Below are positions 1 to 13,100 of a DNA stretch of 64,000 bases, one piece after another. Below the pieces are notes generated by a model. The model had not been told where the DNA came from and made no database searches. It saw only the letters and a program-made list of their open reading frames with translations. Each line of letters opens with the position of its first letter. Position 1 is the stretch's first letter. The position numbers and the translations under genes were made by a program. The DNA comes from Ginglymostoma cirratum (taxonomy: Eukaryota): the NCBI GenBank assembly GCA_024137785.1, contig JAHRHZ010000017.1, positions 10,355,251 to 10,419,250 of the forward strand, written 5' to 3'.

Positions 1-1022
1 TATATCAAACTTAATGAGAACCGAAAAATACAACTTTAAATCTAACAATCAGCTGGAGCACATGTAGTCATCCTCTACATATGGAGGTTTAATAGTTGCA
101 GTATAGTTTATGGATAATGTATGTTATATGCTTGTATAGTTTTGTAATCCATAAATATGGGTGGTACTTGACCATATGAATACATATTTATAAGAAACAA
201 AGTCCTAAATAATAATGACTAATGTGAAATCACAAATCATTTAAAAGACAAATCAGATCTGTCATGGTACTATTTTCAAGCAATAGTGTGTGGATCCCCA
301 GGATGTCCCTTGACATTATTTACTGATAAATGTTAAGTATTTTGTTCTCAAAGCTGAAGCTTTTTCTATGAACATGTTTTAATTCCTCTCTGCACCCATC
401 TTTGCAGAAATGCTGTTAACTATTTAAAACAGTATCTTGTGAAATTGATGGATGTTCTAACTTTACGAGTATACACCTGAATACCAGGAGTGTTCTTCTG
501 AATCACATATTATTATAGATCAGCAAGAAGGATAAAACATTTTAACAAGCATTTATACTGGCGGCAGATATTGCAATGAAAAGTGCAATGCCTGACAGAC
601 AGACAGATGCAAGTTGCTTTGTTGAAAATGACAGGCAGGGCATTGGTAGGGATATTGGGCCTATACTCAGGCAATTTTCTTTTCAGTCATGGTGCAGGTG
701 ATGGGGGTGGTGGGAGGTGTGGGGATGGTGGGAATATGGTCAAGAGCAGAAAAAACATTTGGCATTTTGCTTGGAAGTGATCAATTGGGATCTTGTCAGC
801 AAAGCATTAAAGTCCTGGAAAACAGATCATTAGGTTGAGACTTGACTTCATCACAAGGTGCACGCTGAACGAAAGAGATCTAATATTTTTTATAATACTG
901 ATATGGATTACAAATGTAGGATAATGTAAATATTAAAACAAATTATCTCTTAATTAAAGTCTAAAATAATAGTGGCAAGTTCTAGAGCAATTTTATGTGT
1001 AATCAATCATTCAGAAATTCTT

Positions 1023-1154
1023 TTATTTAAACTGGTGCAATTGTAAAAAGTTGTTCAGTTGTTCTTCTTCATCATCAAGGAGTGGTGCCCCCTCTGGAAT
1101 TGAACGGAGAGAGAAGTTGCTTCGTTTCCGATATCTAATAAACTGTGCAGTAAC
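1023..1154 (-). CDS. SLC66A1L: Last coding exon ([43 protein letters not shown])
   Basis: CTACAG| acceptor, TAA at 1025-1023; QF..YR motif and [DE]xxxLL sorting signal. Confidence 0.88.
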   Translation of the reverse strand, partial: VTAQFIRYRKRSNFSLRSIPEGAPLLDDEEEQLNNFLQLHQFK

Positions 1155-4100
1155 CTGTAGGATGCTTATTAAGGGTACAACTGGAAGGTCTGTGATCAGC
1201 AACCTATCAACTTGGTGAAAAAATTGTGAAACAGATAATGTGAAGATATGATCAGAACTATGCACTATTTTGACATGTAAAACACAACTCCACACAGAAT
1301 GATATAAACTTGTTGCAGAAATTAACATGTTGACCACAGCAGCAATGTGAATGAAATGAAATAGTTCAGAAAATACATTCTAAACTTCACTGTTTTCACG
1401 GGTGATTGCATTTTGATTTTACATTTTTCTCATTATGCCAGCAGTGATTAGTATTACGTCATACATGGGATGTTCAAAAAGTCAAGCAGTTCCAGTATAG
1501 TTATGTCATTATCCAAGAATGTTGATGATGGCCTAGGTAAAGCATGATCTGTATAAAGAAAGGGTATTGTAATATACATGGATATACTATATATATAGGT
1601 GACTCCAATTTATGGGCACCTGATTTACAAATGCTTGTACTTATGAATGAGATTCCATACAGGAATGTATTATCATTAATTTTAATGATCTGATGAACAT
1701 TTCCTGTATTTACGAACAGCTATTTTATATTGTCTTCCATTGTGTTCTGACTTGCATACAAATCAACTTGTAAATATACTCAAGAATGGTACCCATTCAC
1801 AATCGGGGGACTGCCCGTATTTGGGAAAATGTGAGGCTGAGAGCATATGACCTGGGAATAGCCAAGATGGAGAATGGAGCATTTGAAAAGGACAATATGT
1901 CTGTGACAGCAAGGAAGAAAAATCACTAAATGCGATCACAGCATAAGAAAGGGCAGCAGGCTAAGTTAATAAATAAAGTAAATATTAACTAGCTATTACA
2001 TAAATTACGACAAGCAATTAGTATGAAGACTAAAACATGTAAGCTATGTTGAGTAAACAATAAACCTTAATGAAATGATAAACAATGTTTTATGAGGATG
2101 CTAGGGTACACGGTGTGCTACAGTTGCAGCATCTGGGAGATTACAGAGAGCAGCACAATCTGAGATGACAAGTTTTGAAATAAAACTCCACATTGTGATT
2201 AGTTTCAGTTCAGAATTGTCTTACTGGAGTCTAATGGGCAGACATCACGGGACATCAAAGAGGAGGCAAGTTACCTGGACATTCAAGCAAATCACACTCA
2301 TTCAGTGAGACAGTGATATGATTCCGGCTAGTGGTCGGGCACATTGACTGAGAGTCAAGCAGATGAGGGAAGCCCAGAGACAGTGGTGAAGGAACCTTGA
2401 CTTTTTCTTCTTATCAAACAAACACAAGGTTCCTTCTGCCTGTGTGAATGAGGGAAAGGTCTACAAGGTAGTGACAATGGCTGTGGCACAAGAGGCCATT
2501 CAAGCTGAGGTGAAGAAAGAAAAGATTCAAAGGTGGAGACAGTAGTCACAGGGATGGCAACAGTTCTCTGTAGCAGTCACTGAAGTTGCAAAGGTTGTGT
2601 TACCTGCCCACTGTTAAGATTACAGATATCTCCTTGCACATGGAGAAGAATTTAGCAGGGAGAGGGGAGGATCCATTTGTTGTGGTTCATTTAGGAACAA
2701 ACAATATTAGTACACCTGGAATGAGGTGCCACTAAGAGGAATCTGAGAAGTTACGGCTGAAATTAAAGTGCATAATCCCGAAGATAACCATCTCCGGATT
2801 GATATCTGTACTATGTGCAAATTCGCATAGGGATAAATAGATTAGGAGATTAAATGGGGGCAGAGGCAAGTATTCCTGGGGCACTGGAAATGGAGAAAGA
2901 GAAAGCTGTTCTGTTGGGATAGGCTTCATTTAATCCTTGCTGGGACCAGTGTCTTGTTAAATCATAGAACTAAGGCAACAGGACATTAAACAAAGGAAAG
3001 ACTGGGAGAGGGAGGAAAATTAGGAGGATTCAGGAAAGGATAAAATCATAAACATCAAGAAATTTGACAAGACAGTAGAGCAGAGTGGTAATTTGGCTAT
3101 AAATAAGCTCAGTGGATAAGGAAAAGACAGAAAGCCAAATAATCAGTATTAGTGCATTTGCGATTAAGACAATTGAAGGAAAATGTAGAATAAAAGTTAA
3201 AGCTAAAGGAATTATAGCTCACTGTGTAAAGCATTGAAACAAATTTTATTCGTAATAGCACAGAAAGAAATTAAGGACTTTGAACTAACAGCCGTCTAGT
3301 TGAAGAATCACAGAGATTATCACTAAATAAATATTGCAGGATACCTGCTCTTTAGAAGAATCAGGTAACGCTGCAATAAAGGAGTGGCAACCCTGAAATT
3401 AAAGGATGGGATAAAGATGAAAGACGGAGAAAATAACTCCAAAAAATCAAAGTGGAAAATCACTTTGGGTGGAACTAACAGACAATAAAGGACAGAAAAC
3501 CATGGTGCGAATAATTTACAAGCTCCTAAAGGTATTGTAGTGAAAGGCAGATTATAAATAAAAGAGGTTAGAGGCCCAAGTAACAATTGTAAAACAGTGA
3601 TCTCAGGAGACGTGAATTTTCGTACAGACTAGGAAAACAAAATCTGCAGTAATAGTGTAATAGACAAGCCTGTGGAATGCATTTAATTTCGTTTTCTAAA
3701 CTAGTGTGTCAACAACCAACTAGGGAACAAACTAATTTAGACGCAATCAGATAGGGTTAAATAATAGCCAGCTGTTTACTACTGCTACAATTTCTTGGGT
3801 TCTTATAAACTTTTCATCAAGCTTGAGGGTGGTTCAGATAAGAAACTAAAGCAATAAAGCTCAACAGAACAACCTACCCAGGTATGAGTTAGTCAAAACA
3901 GATTGGAAAACTAGATTAAAAGATAAAACAGTAGAAAGCCAATGGCAAATATTTAAAGAATTCATTTATAATTTGCAATGGTTATATATTTCCTTCAGGG
4001 ATGAAAGCCCCAGTGGAGAAATGGTCCAACACGTGTCAATAAGAGAAATTAAAGATAGAATTAGATTATAGTAGAGGCTTAATATGTCGTCAAAAGGGGG

Positions 4101-7100
4101 AAAAAGCCCAAGGATGAGAGGACATCCGAGAAATTGAAAACCGAGAAGGAAAATTTGAGAGTGAACAAGCGTGAGATATAAAAACAGATTGCATAAGCTT
4201 GTAAAAGTCTGTAAAAAGGAAGAGATTAGCAAAATTAAAGGTGGGTACCTTAAGGACAGACATGGGAGAGATTATAATTGGCAATAAGGAAACAGCAGAG
4301 CCACTGGGTTGAATTTTTCCAAGATTTGGATAAGCGACAATTCCACAGAATCCTGAAGAAGGGTAATACCTGAGACATTGACTTCTCCTTTTCTCTGGAT
4401 GCTGCCTGCTTGCTGTGTTCTTCCAGCCTCCTGTTGTCTACCTTGGTTTCCAGCATCTGCAGTTTTTTAGTCTCAAACCACCTTTTGTGCTCTGTATCGG
4501 TAAGTACTACCATCTTTTCTCTGCTATCTCGCACTCACTAATTCCACTACTCCATCCACCTCCAGCCAAAGCTCATTGTCTACCGCTCTCATTTTGCACG
4601 CAGCATCTTCCCTCAGCAGCTCTCCCCCACATCGTTCCCCACCAAACCTATAACTTTTCCTTAACTCTTCAATTCCTACCCAATCACTCAGGATTTCTCA
4701 CCACTTTTCCCCCTCCTGTACCACCACTAACAGCTGTGCCAGCCACTTCCCTTTCACTCAATCCCTCCCTTTATCTCATTGCAGGACAAAACAGTCAAAG
4801 ACGGCTGAGCGAGCCCAGACAGGTGATGGAGCGGCTAGCATTCATTCCTCAACCAGGTGAGGAGAGGTTCCTTGACCTCGTGAGAGAAGATATAGACTGC
4901 TCCTGTGGTTCTGCTGAGATCTCCATGTCCTCGCAGCCAAGTAACACTCAATGTGATGTGATCTGCTGCATTGATCTTCCATTACCACCGCTGTAAACAT
5001 ACTTTAACATGCTCAAGCTTCCACCCCTTTAACTCATTCCCTTTCATCATCTGCAGACACCAGTGACATCAAAACAGCCACGTCTTACAAGAGACCAACC
5101 CATCTGGCAACAGCTCCTCCTCCACCCTATGAGGGAACAGCCACAAACCCACCAAAGGAAGCACCAGAAAGGTCACCCCTTGTATCCTCCACCAACTCAG
5201 ACATTTGCACCTCGGCGGACACTTTAACTACATTAGAGTCAGAAGCACATTCTGGTGAACACATCACTGGTATATCTCTGCTGCTGCCTGAGGAAGAAAC
5301 ATCCCAGGTCACATACGCTCAGAGGACTGCCCAAGACCAGCAACAAACTCAGTCCCAGCCATGAGACAATCCTATACAGCCACTCGACTGTTCATTGCCA
5401 ACAGCCATGACAAGGTCCCTGGCTCTCTGCATGTTTTAAAAAGCAAGGCACGACAAAACTGCTGAGAGTCTGTAAGTTCAGAATTGAAGTAATAGTTTGC
5501 CTAAAAGGCAACGGAAGGCAGAGATGCTGTAAACATCCAGTTAGGTGTAAAGTAAGTTAGTGCTGAGAAAGCAAGCCAACAGCCTAATGATACATCCTGT
5601 TCCAATGCATGAGATGTTTGCCTTTCCCCGTGCACAAAGAGCCTGGCAGCAGCATTGCCACACAAGATATCAGTGAACTGCAAAGTGCAGTACGGAAGAA
5701 CTGAACCTGTATTATACTTTTGTCTGAGATGAGTCACGATGAAGTGGTGAAGCCGGTACTGTGCCAATGCCAACCTCTGTGGTCAGAGGATGCAGGTAAT
5801 CATTTCCATGGAGCATGCTTCAGATATCAGGCAATGTCGGGCAAGATGAAGGCTCAGAGGAGACACTGACAATGTAACCAATCTGACTTTGATGTCGGAA
5901 TTGGCACCAGTTAATTTCTCTCCCTTGCCTGAGTATATAGCAACTTGCATATAAATGAGGTGAGATGAGGCAGGAATGAGATGTTAATTCATGCAAATTG
6001 GTCCCCACTCGCTTGTAAGAATGTCACTCTAGGTATTAAAACTGTAAATGGAAGTGTTGAGCTTTTATTTCTTGATGCTGAGAATCTAATTTCTCACTCT
6101 TGCGACATTTTCCCAACTTGCTCGCCATTTCACATGGCGTTGAGAGGCTGGGATCATCCTACCCATTAAACAAATATTTAGGGGAGAGCATTAAATCTGT
6201 GTAAAGATGAATTTGGAAGTGAGGAGGTTATTTAATTAGGAGGACCAGTGGCAGGTGAGGACCCTGCCAGCCCCCAACCCGTCCAATCAAGCCTGTGGCC
6301 AGAAGGCCCATAAATGCATTTTGACCTCGTGTTAATTAAGGCCCGTAAGTGGACAATTAATGCCCAATCCTACCAAGGCTTATGTTAATAGGGCTGTTTG
6401 TGGTCTCTAAGGAGGGTCCCTTGTTTAAAGGCCTTCCTTTGATCCAGGGACTCAGCACTAGGTAAAGGCTTCACTGAGAGCTACACTGTGCCCATACTGC
6501 TGACACCCCTACATCCTCTCTATTGCAACCCCCATCCAGTAAAATGTTTCCCATCACAACTCAGCTGAATCCAGGGATTCCACGGAGATCTGGAAACCAT
6601 GTGAGTGTCTGTTCCACAGCAGCCACTACCTCGCCAGCAGTGCTGCTGAACAAAATAACACTCTCTAATTGGCTGACAGTGCTCAGTAAGTGGGACTTCC
6701 TACTCCCATGGTCCGAAACCAGTGGAAGACCCACCAGTGACCTCTCAACTATCTGATTAGCATTTAATACCAGTGGGCGTTGTGAGAAAGAGACAACACA
6801 AAGTTCGGCCAGCTCTTCAGATGGGAGCCAAGACCCCTCTGTGTTTTTCTTTCACATAAAAGACACAAAGACATTCTGACTGTAATCATGAATCAAGGGA
6901 TTGTGGGGAGGGAGAAGGTAAGTACAGAAATATAAATTGGTTAGCCTAATAACATTAGTAGGGGAACAGATAGAGCTGGGATTGGTATCAGTGCACCTAA
7001 AAATTGCAACATGACTGGGCACTGTTAACATGGATTTATGAAAGGGACATCATGCTTAGCAAATCTGTTAGAATTTTTTGAGGTTGCAACTAATAGTGTA

Positions 7101-10100
7101 GACAAGGCGGACCTAATATATACATATTCAAATTTTCAAAAAACATTCAATAAGGTGCCATACAAGAGGTTATAACATAGAATTAATGTTCATCAAATTG
7201 GGGAAATATACTGGATCTAGGAATGATCAACAAACAAAAAAACAGTCAAAATAAGTGGATAACAATCAGTTTCGGAGACATTAACAAGTGAGCTACTGCA
7301 AGCACCAGACTTTGGGCTTAAACTGTTTATAACTGAGATTAATGACTTAGATTAGGACCACATACAAAAGTATCCACTGTCTGCTGAGGATGCAAATTTA
7401 AATAGGAAAGCATGTGATGAGGAGGATAGAGTAACATGCAAAAGACTTAGGTAGGTTGAGTAATTGGACAAGGGTATGGCAGACAGAATTTCAGAGACGT
7501 TTTCTCAACTTCACTCCCAAATCAGCATCTGCTTCTCAGTACTTTTACATTCTAACATTCCCCACCTCTTGTGTCTTTTAAATTTTCCATCACTTTCACG
7601 GATTGCTTCGCAACTCAATTTGCATAAGTGCAAATTTCAAATCTATTTCAATAGTGCATGACTCAGAATTGAAATGCTCTGGAATCTTCAAAAAGTTTAA
7701 CATTTCTTAATGGTCTGAACATGTGGCAATCAAAATTGAAAACACTTCCCAAAAAAATTAGATTTTCTCTCTCATTGCCATTTAAGCTAGCCCCTAACTA
7801 AAAGATATGTTGTATGTATATTGCAACAGTTAACATTGAAAAGGATACAAAGAAATCCACCAACAGTACCCCAAAGCTACCTATTAGCCAGGCCAGATGA
7901 TGGAGGATGTATTTTTTGGCTGATACTTTATTTTCAGGCACTTTTACTGCCACACTCAGTCCATATGTTGTATTACCCACCATTGCCAGTGCAAACAGCA
8001 AATAGGATGTACCTTCTGTGGATTTCCTTTGGAACTGCAACGATCAGAATATACAAACCATGCTTTTGTTTAATACAGTGAACCTGTAGTCTAGCCAATT
8101 ACACAGAAATAAGGACTCCTTTAAATATTAAATATTAAAATTGTTGCAATTGAACCCCTCTTGCAAGTCAAATTTGCATATTGCAGAATCAATTATTGTA
8201 TAATATCACCCGTCAGATCAAGACAAATGATCTTTGACCAATTACAGTAACATGGATTTCAACAAGTTCAGTCCTCTTCGGTCGATAAATGGAAATCTTT
8301 GTAATTCATAAAGTGCTGACTGCATGGACAATAAAGATGTTATTTTTGTGTTAGCGAATTCCAAGTTTGTAGTTTGAGTTCTTGTGCTTCTCATTTGAGG
8401 GAACTATTAAGTAAATATCCGTTGTGTTCTCTGGCAACACCATGTTGACAAATACAGGAAGAAACATAAAGGAAGGAAATACTGTTTTTCTGATATTGAA
8501 CAGTAATAGCCTAGCTTTTACAAACCAAAATGCAAAGGCTCAATAAATTACTCACATTTTTGTACAGCTGTGGAAAACGAGAGCCAAGATAAAATATGCA
8601 GGACATGTAGCCACTGATGTAGCCCATGAATTCAACGATGTCAAAAGTACCCTGAAAAACAGTAAAACAAAACTTTCACACAAAATCTGTGACAAAATTG
8701 AAGAACTAGAAACAACAAAACATAATATTTGTTCACAGTTAATTTTTTTACTTATCACAAACCCTTTCTCCTGGATGACTCCTATCATGGTGGGATATTC
8801 TCAATAAATGTAATATAGTCATCATTGCAATCGCACATAACAGAACCCAGCAAACACAGAACCACTTCAAGAGGGAATTTGCTGAAAGACAAAAATATAC
8901 CAGGGCTCATAAAGGTTGAAAACAAAGATGTCCATAATATAGCAGTTGAGTAGATGTAAAATAAATACACATAGAAGAAAACAAGAATGTTGCATTGTTG
9001 TTCTGTTGGAGCAAAAAGCTTTTAACCTATCAACAACATTTAACCTATTAATATATGGAATGTGGGAAGTAAATAATTTGATGGCCATCCTAAAGAAGTA
9101 CAAATGCCCCTGATCAAAACACTCCTGTGCTAAGGCTGGTACAATGTCCTAAGACACAGTGTGGATGTAGTCTCAGGTTATATGAGTATGAACGACATTA
9201 CTACTGAGACTCTGCAAGACAGGTCAGATCTTCGACATGGACACTACCATCACACATGAGAACATCACCAACCACATGCACGGAAGACACTCATGCAGCT
9301 CGGCCGTCATTGTCTATTCTCATACGCCGCAGGCAAGGATGCCCCAAGGCATGGTATATTGGTGAAACCATGCAGACGCCACGACAACAGATGAATGGAC
9401 ACTGCGCAACAATCGCCAAACAGGGATGTTCCCTCCCAGTGGGGAAACACTTCAGCGGTCAAGGGCATTCAGCCTCGTATCTTTGGCTAAACATCCTCCA
9501 AGGCGGAATTCGGGATACACAACAACACAGAGTCACTCAGCAGAGGCTGATAGACAAGTTCGGTATCCATGAGGACAGCCTCAGTCGGGATCTCGGGTTC
9601 ATGTCGCACGACAGGCGACCCCCATCACACTATACACTCTCTCTCACATACACACACACACATTCTCTCTCTTACACACACTGTCTCTCAAGCAAACACG
9701 AACACACACTCTCTCCCTCACATACACACACACAAACAAAGACACGCACACACTCACCCTCCCTCACACACACAAACTCTCTCTCCCCCCAACACATGCA
9801 ATCTCTCTCTCCCACACCCTCTCTCTCTCACTCCCCCTCCCAACACACACTCTCTCTCTCCACACGCCACACACACACTCTCTCCCCCCCAGCACACACA
9901 CACTCTCTCTCTCTCTCACTCACACACACACACACTCTCCCTCTCCCCCTCCCCTTACAACACGCACACACTCTCTCTCCCTCCTCACACATGCACACAC
10001 TCACTCTCTCTCTCACCCCCACACACAAACACACGCTCACTCACTCTCTCCCACCATCATACACACTCACTCTCTCTCCCTCACTCTCACACACACAACT

Positions 10101-13100
10101 CACTCTCTCTCTCTCTTCCCCCCAATATACACACACACTCTCTCACCCCCACACACTCGCACACACACTCTCTTTCTCTCCCCCCTCACTCACTCACTCT
10201 CTCTCTTCCCCCCCCGCTACATACACACACACATTCACTCTCTGTCCCTCTCTCTCCACCTTCCCTCGCTCTCAGACGCACTCTTTCTCTCTTCCCCCCA
10301 ATACACATGCGCACACACACACACACACACACAGATGCACAGACTCTCTCTCTCTTCCACGCACACACACACAAATACAGACACTCTCTCTCTCTCCCAG
10401 ACACACGCACACACACATACACACACACACTTAAATCTATGGAGTGAATTTCTCCTTGCAGATACATTCTATTTTGTTCAAAAAGCACACAATTTATAGT
10501 CAGTCAGTCAACATGGCGTTTTAAAAATTCCTACTTTAGAAGCAAAATCAGTCTGACTCCAAAGCAAAACACAAACTGATTCTAAACAAAGGCCTCACAC
10601 CCAACATGCATTGTTTGACCTAAAGTGTCACCTCTTCTTTACACTGATAAAACCTTTAGTTCTCTTGAAGCACTGACTTGAAATGAATTCAGAGATTTAC
10701 ATACACGTATTCATCAATTAAACCTTCTAACTGATTAAAGATCTAACAGCATCTTAGGTTTGTTTAATACATCCTCATCAGTTGTGTAACCCTTTGATCT
10801 TTTACTTATAAATTCAGTGTGTTATGCCACCTCTCTCAGTAATACCTGAAGAAGGAGCGAGGCTCTGAAAGATTGTGTTTTCAAATAAACCTGTTGGACT
10901 ATAACCCGGTGTCATGTGATTTCTGACCTTGTCCACCTCTGTCCAACACTGCCACCTCCATGTCATCCTGAGACTGTTAGCAGCACACTGGCCCCAGCTC
11001 TCTCTCTTCTTTACTTTCAAGTCTCCATGACATCATCACAGTAGATGGTGTTACTGCAATCCAAGTACTAACCCTTACAGAACTTTTTAGAACCTGTTGT
11101 AACAACTCCCCCAAACATTTGTTCATTATCGTTATGAGATTGATATGCATTTGTTTACATATTTACATTACCCACCATCTCATCTCTCTCCCCACATCTT
11201 TGCCTTTAAAATGACTCGGAAGGGTCTAGGCCCGAAACGTCAAGCTTTCCTGCTCCTATGATGCTGCTTGGCCTGCTGTGTTCATCCAGCTCCACACCTT
11301 GTTATGTCGGATTCTCCAGCATCTGCAGTACCTATTATCTCTAACTTATTGACTTGCTGTTTCTGATTGTCTCAAGTCTGTGGTCTCTCTTGAACTGGAA
11401 GGACTTTAATTTTTTACATTTCTTACGTGGAGGACACTTGTAATGACCACACTTGATGGTAATATTGGACAAGTCAGATTCAAAAATGAAACCTGTCTTT
11501 ATTTTTTATATCTACAGTTGGCTAATGTGGTGATTAGTCACTGAAACATATTCACATGAGGATGCAGATATTCTTTAACAACAGAACTTAAGTTTATTTC
11601 ACAAAAAGAAACGATGTACATATATAAAAGTTTCAATGTGCTTCCCAACACCATCTGTTAAACTAAATCCTACAAATCCTATAGAAATAACACCCCTGTC
11701 TCAGTTGTTTTTTAAGTCTCTACTTAACCGACACTTTCCAGTTTCCTTCCCTCAGACTGTTAAGACTTGGTTTTTATGATTCGTTTCCAGGTTCACTGGC
11801 ATGAATCTTTCACAATTCTGACATCCTAAACATTAACCAGTTATAAAACAACTCGAATACGTTGATACAAACTGATTCTCCTGATGTGGCTTGATTTACC
11901 TGCTAGGAGAAACTGTCCTGTCTTCTGACTTGGACTCTCGGTTCTTCTGAACTAAAACTTTGAATCTTTTGTTTTGAAGCCAAAATTAAACCAATTGCCT
12001 TCATATGTTTATGCTGCCTGTCATAAATTCAAGGAGGTAAACATTTTATCCATTAACACTGCAGGGATTCTCCTAGGTATTTCACTCCATTCACATGCTT
12101 TCTTGGAATAGATATATTTAGGTCACTGTCCAAATGAGTTTCTGACCATTTTAAACACAAAACCTGACTGAACTGATCCATGTATGTCTGCATCTATTTT
12201 GAAATTCAAATACAAAAACACAAAAAAAAAATTCCACTTTTCATCACATTTCAGCAGTGTTCCTATATACTTTACAGTTGTCAGTGTGTTCCTTGCTGTA
12301 GCAGTCATTTTTTAAAAATAAAACTTGGTTCTTTGGTCATTGTTAATCCTTTCTTAATGGTTATCTTCCATGGAGTTGGATGCACCACATCTTCATTTTA
12401 AGTCAGTGGAATTTGATTCTCATTCCACCTGTAGATATGTGTTAAAGTGGATGAACTTAACAGTTCAACTTCTTCATTACTTGTGAGTTTTCTCCTGTCC
12501 ACTCAGTGATTGAATTATTCATGAAACCAGCTAGTTCACTTACAGAATTCTGTTATATGGAGATTCATTCATGCTTGATGTGATACCCTTCGTTGTTGGG
12601 GATTTTTTCTTTTTGCAAGGCAGCGATGTCAGACATTTTGGTTGAACTTGTTCCTTCTTAATCACATCAGCAACTTAATGTCAGACTTGACATTATCATA
12701 CATGGTAGTCCACTGTGCAGTGTTGCAATCTGGCTAAATTTAGCTCCAAATGCTTCTGATGATCTGTGTTGTGCAGGTGGTGTAAATGTTGTCTCTTTCT
12801 TTGCACTTAACTATGAATTTTAGTTGCAATTTGGAATCTGAACATTCTTCAGTTTTGAAAGCAATGGAAAACATTTCAGCTAAACCACCAAAATTACCTC
12901 TGCGCATCTCATGTATGGTAGGAAATAAATATTTAATTGCAATACAACTAACCTTAGGACATCCTGTATTTTTCGCTTGGGTTCTGTCATGGGCTTAACC
13001 AGCCTAGTGAAATTTTCTGTCAGCTTTTTATACACCTTTTGTTGTTTAATGTCTTCTACCTTTTGAATGAGATTGTTATCACATGAGATCTTCAACCTCG

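Noticed and set aside
4415-4996. 193-aa ORF
   Set aside because: Starts in a repeat tail and runs through pyrimidine-rich sequence; no coherent domain or exon structure.
9256-10447. 392-aa and 292-aa His/Thr/Ser/Leu-rich ORFs
   Set aside because: They are read-through of the CA/CT microsatellite; only the N-terminal part reflects a decayed GIY-YIG domain.
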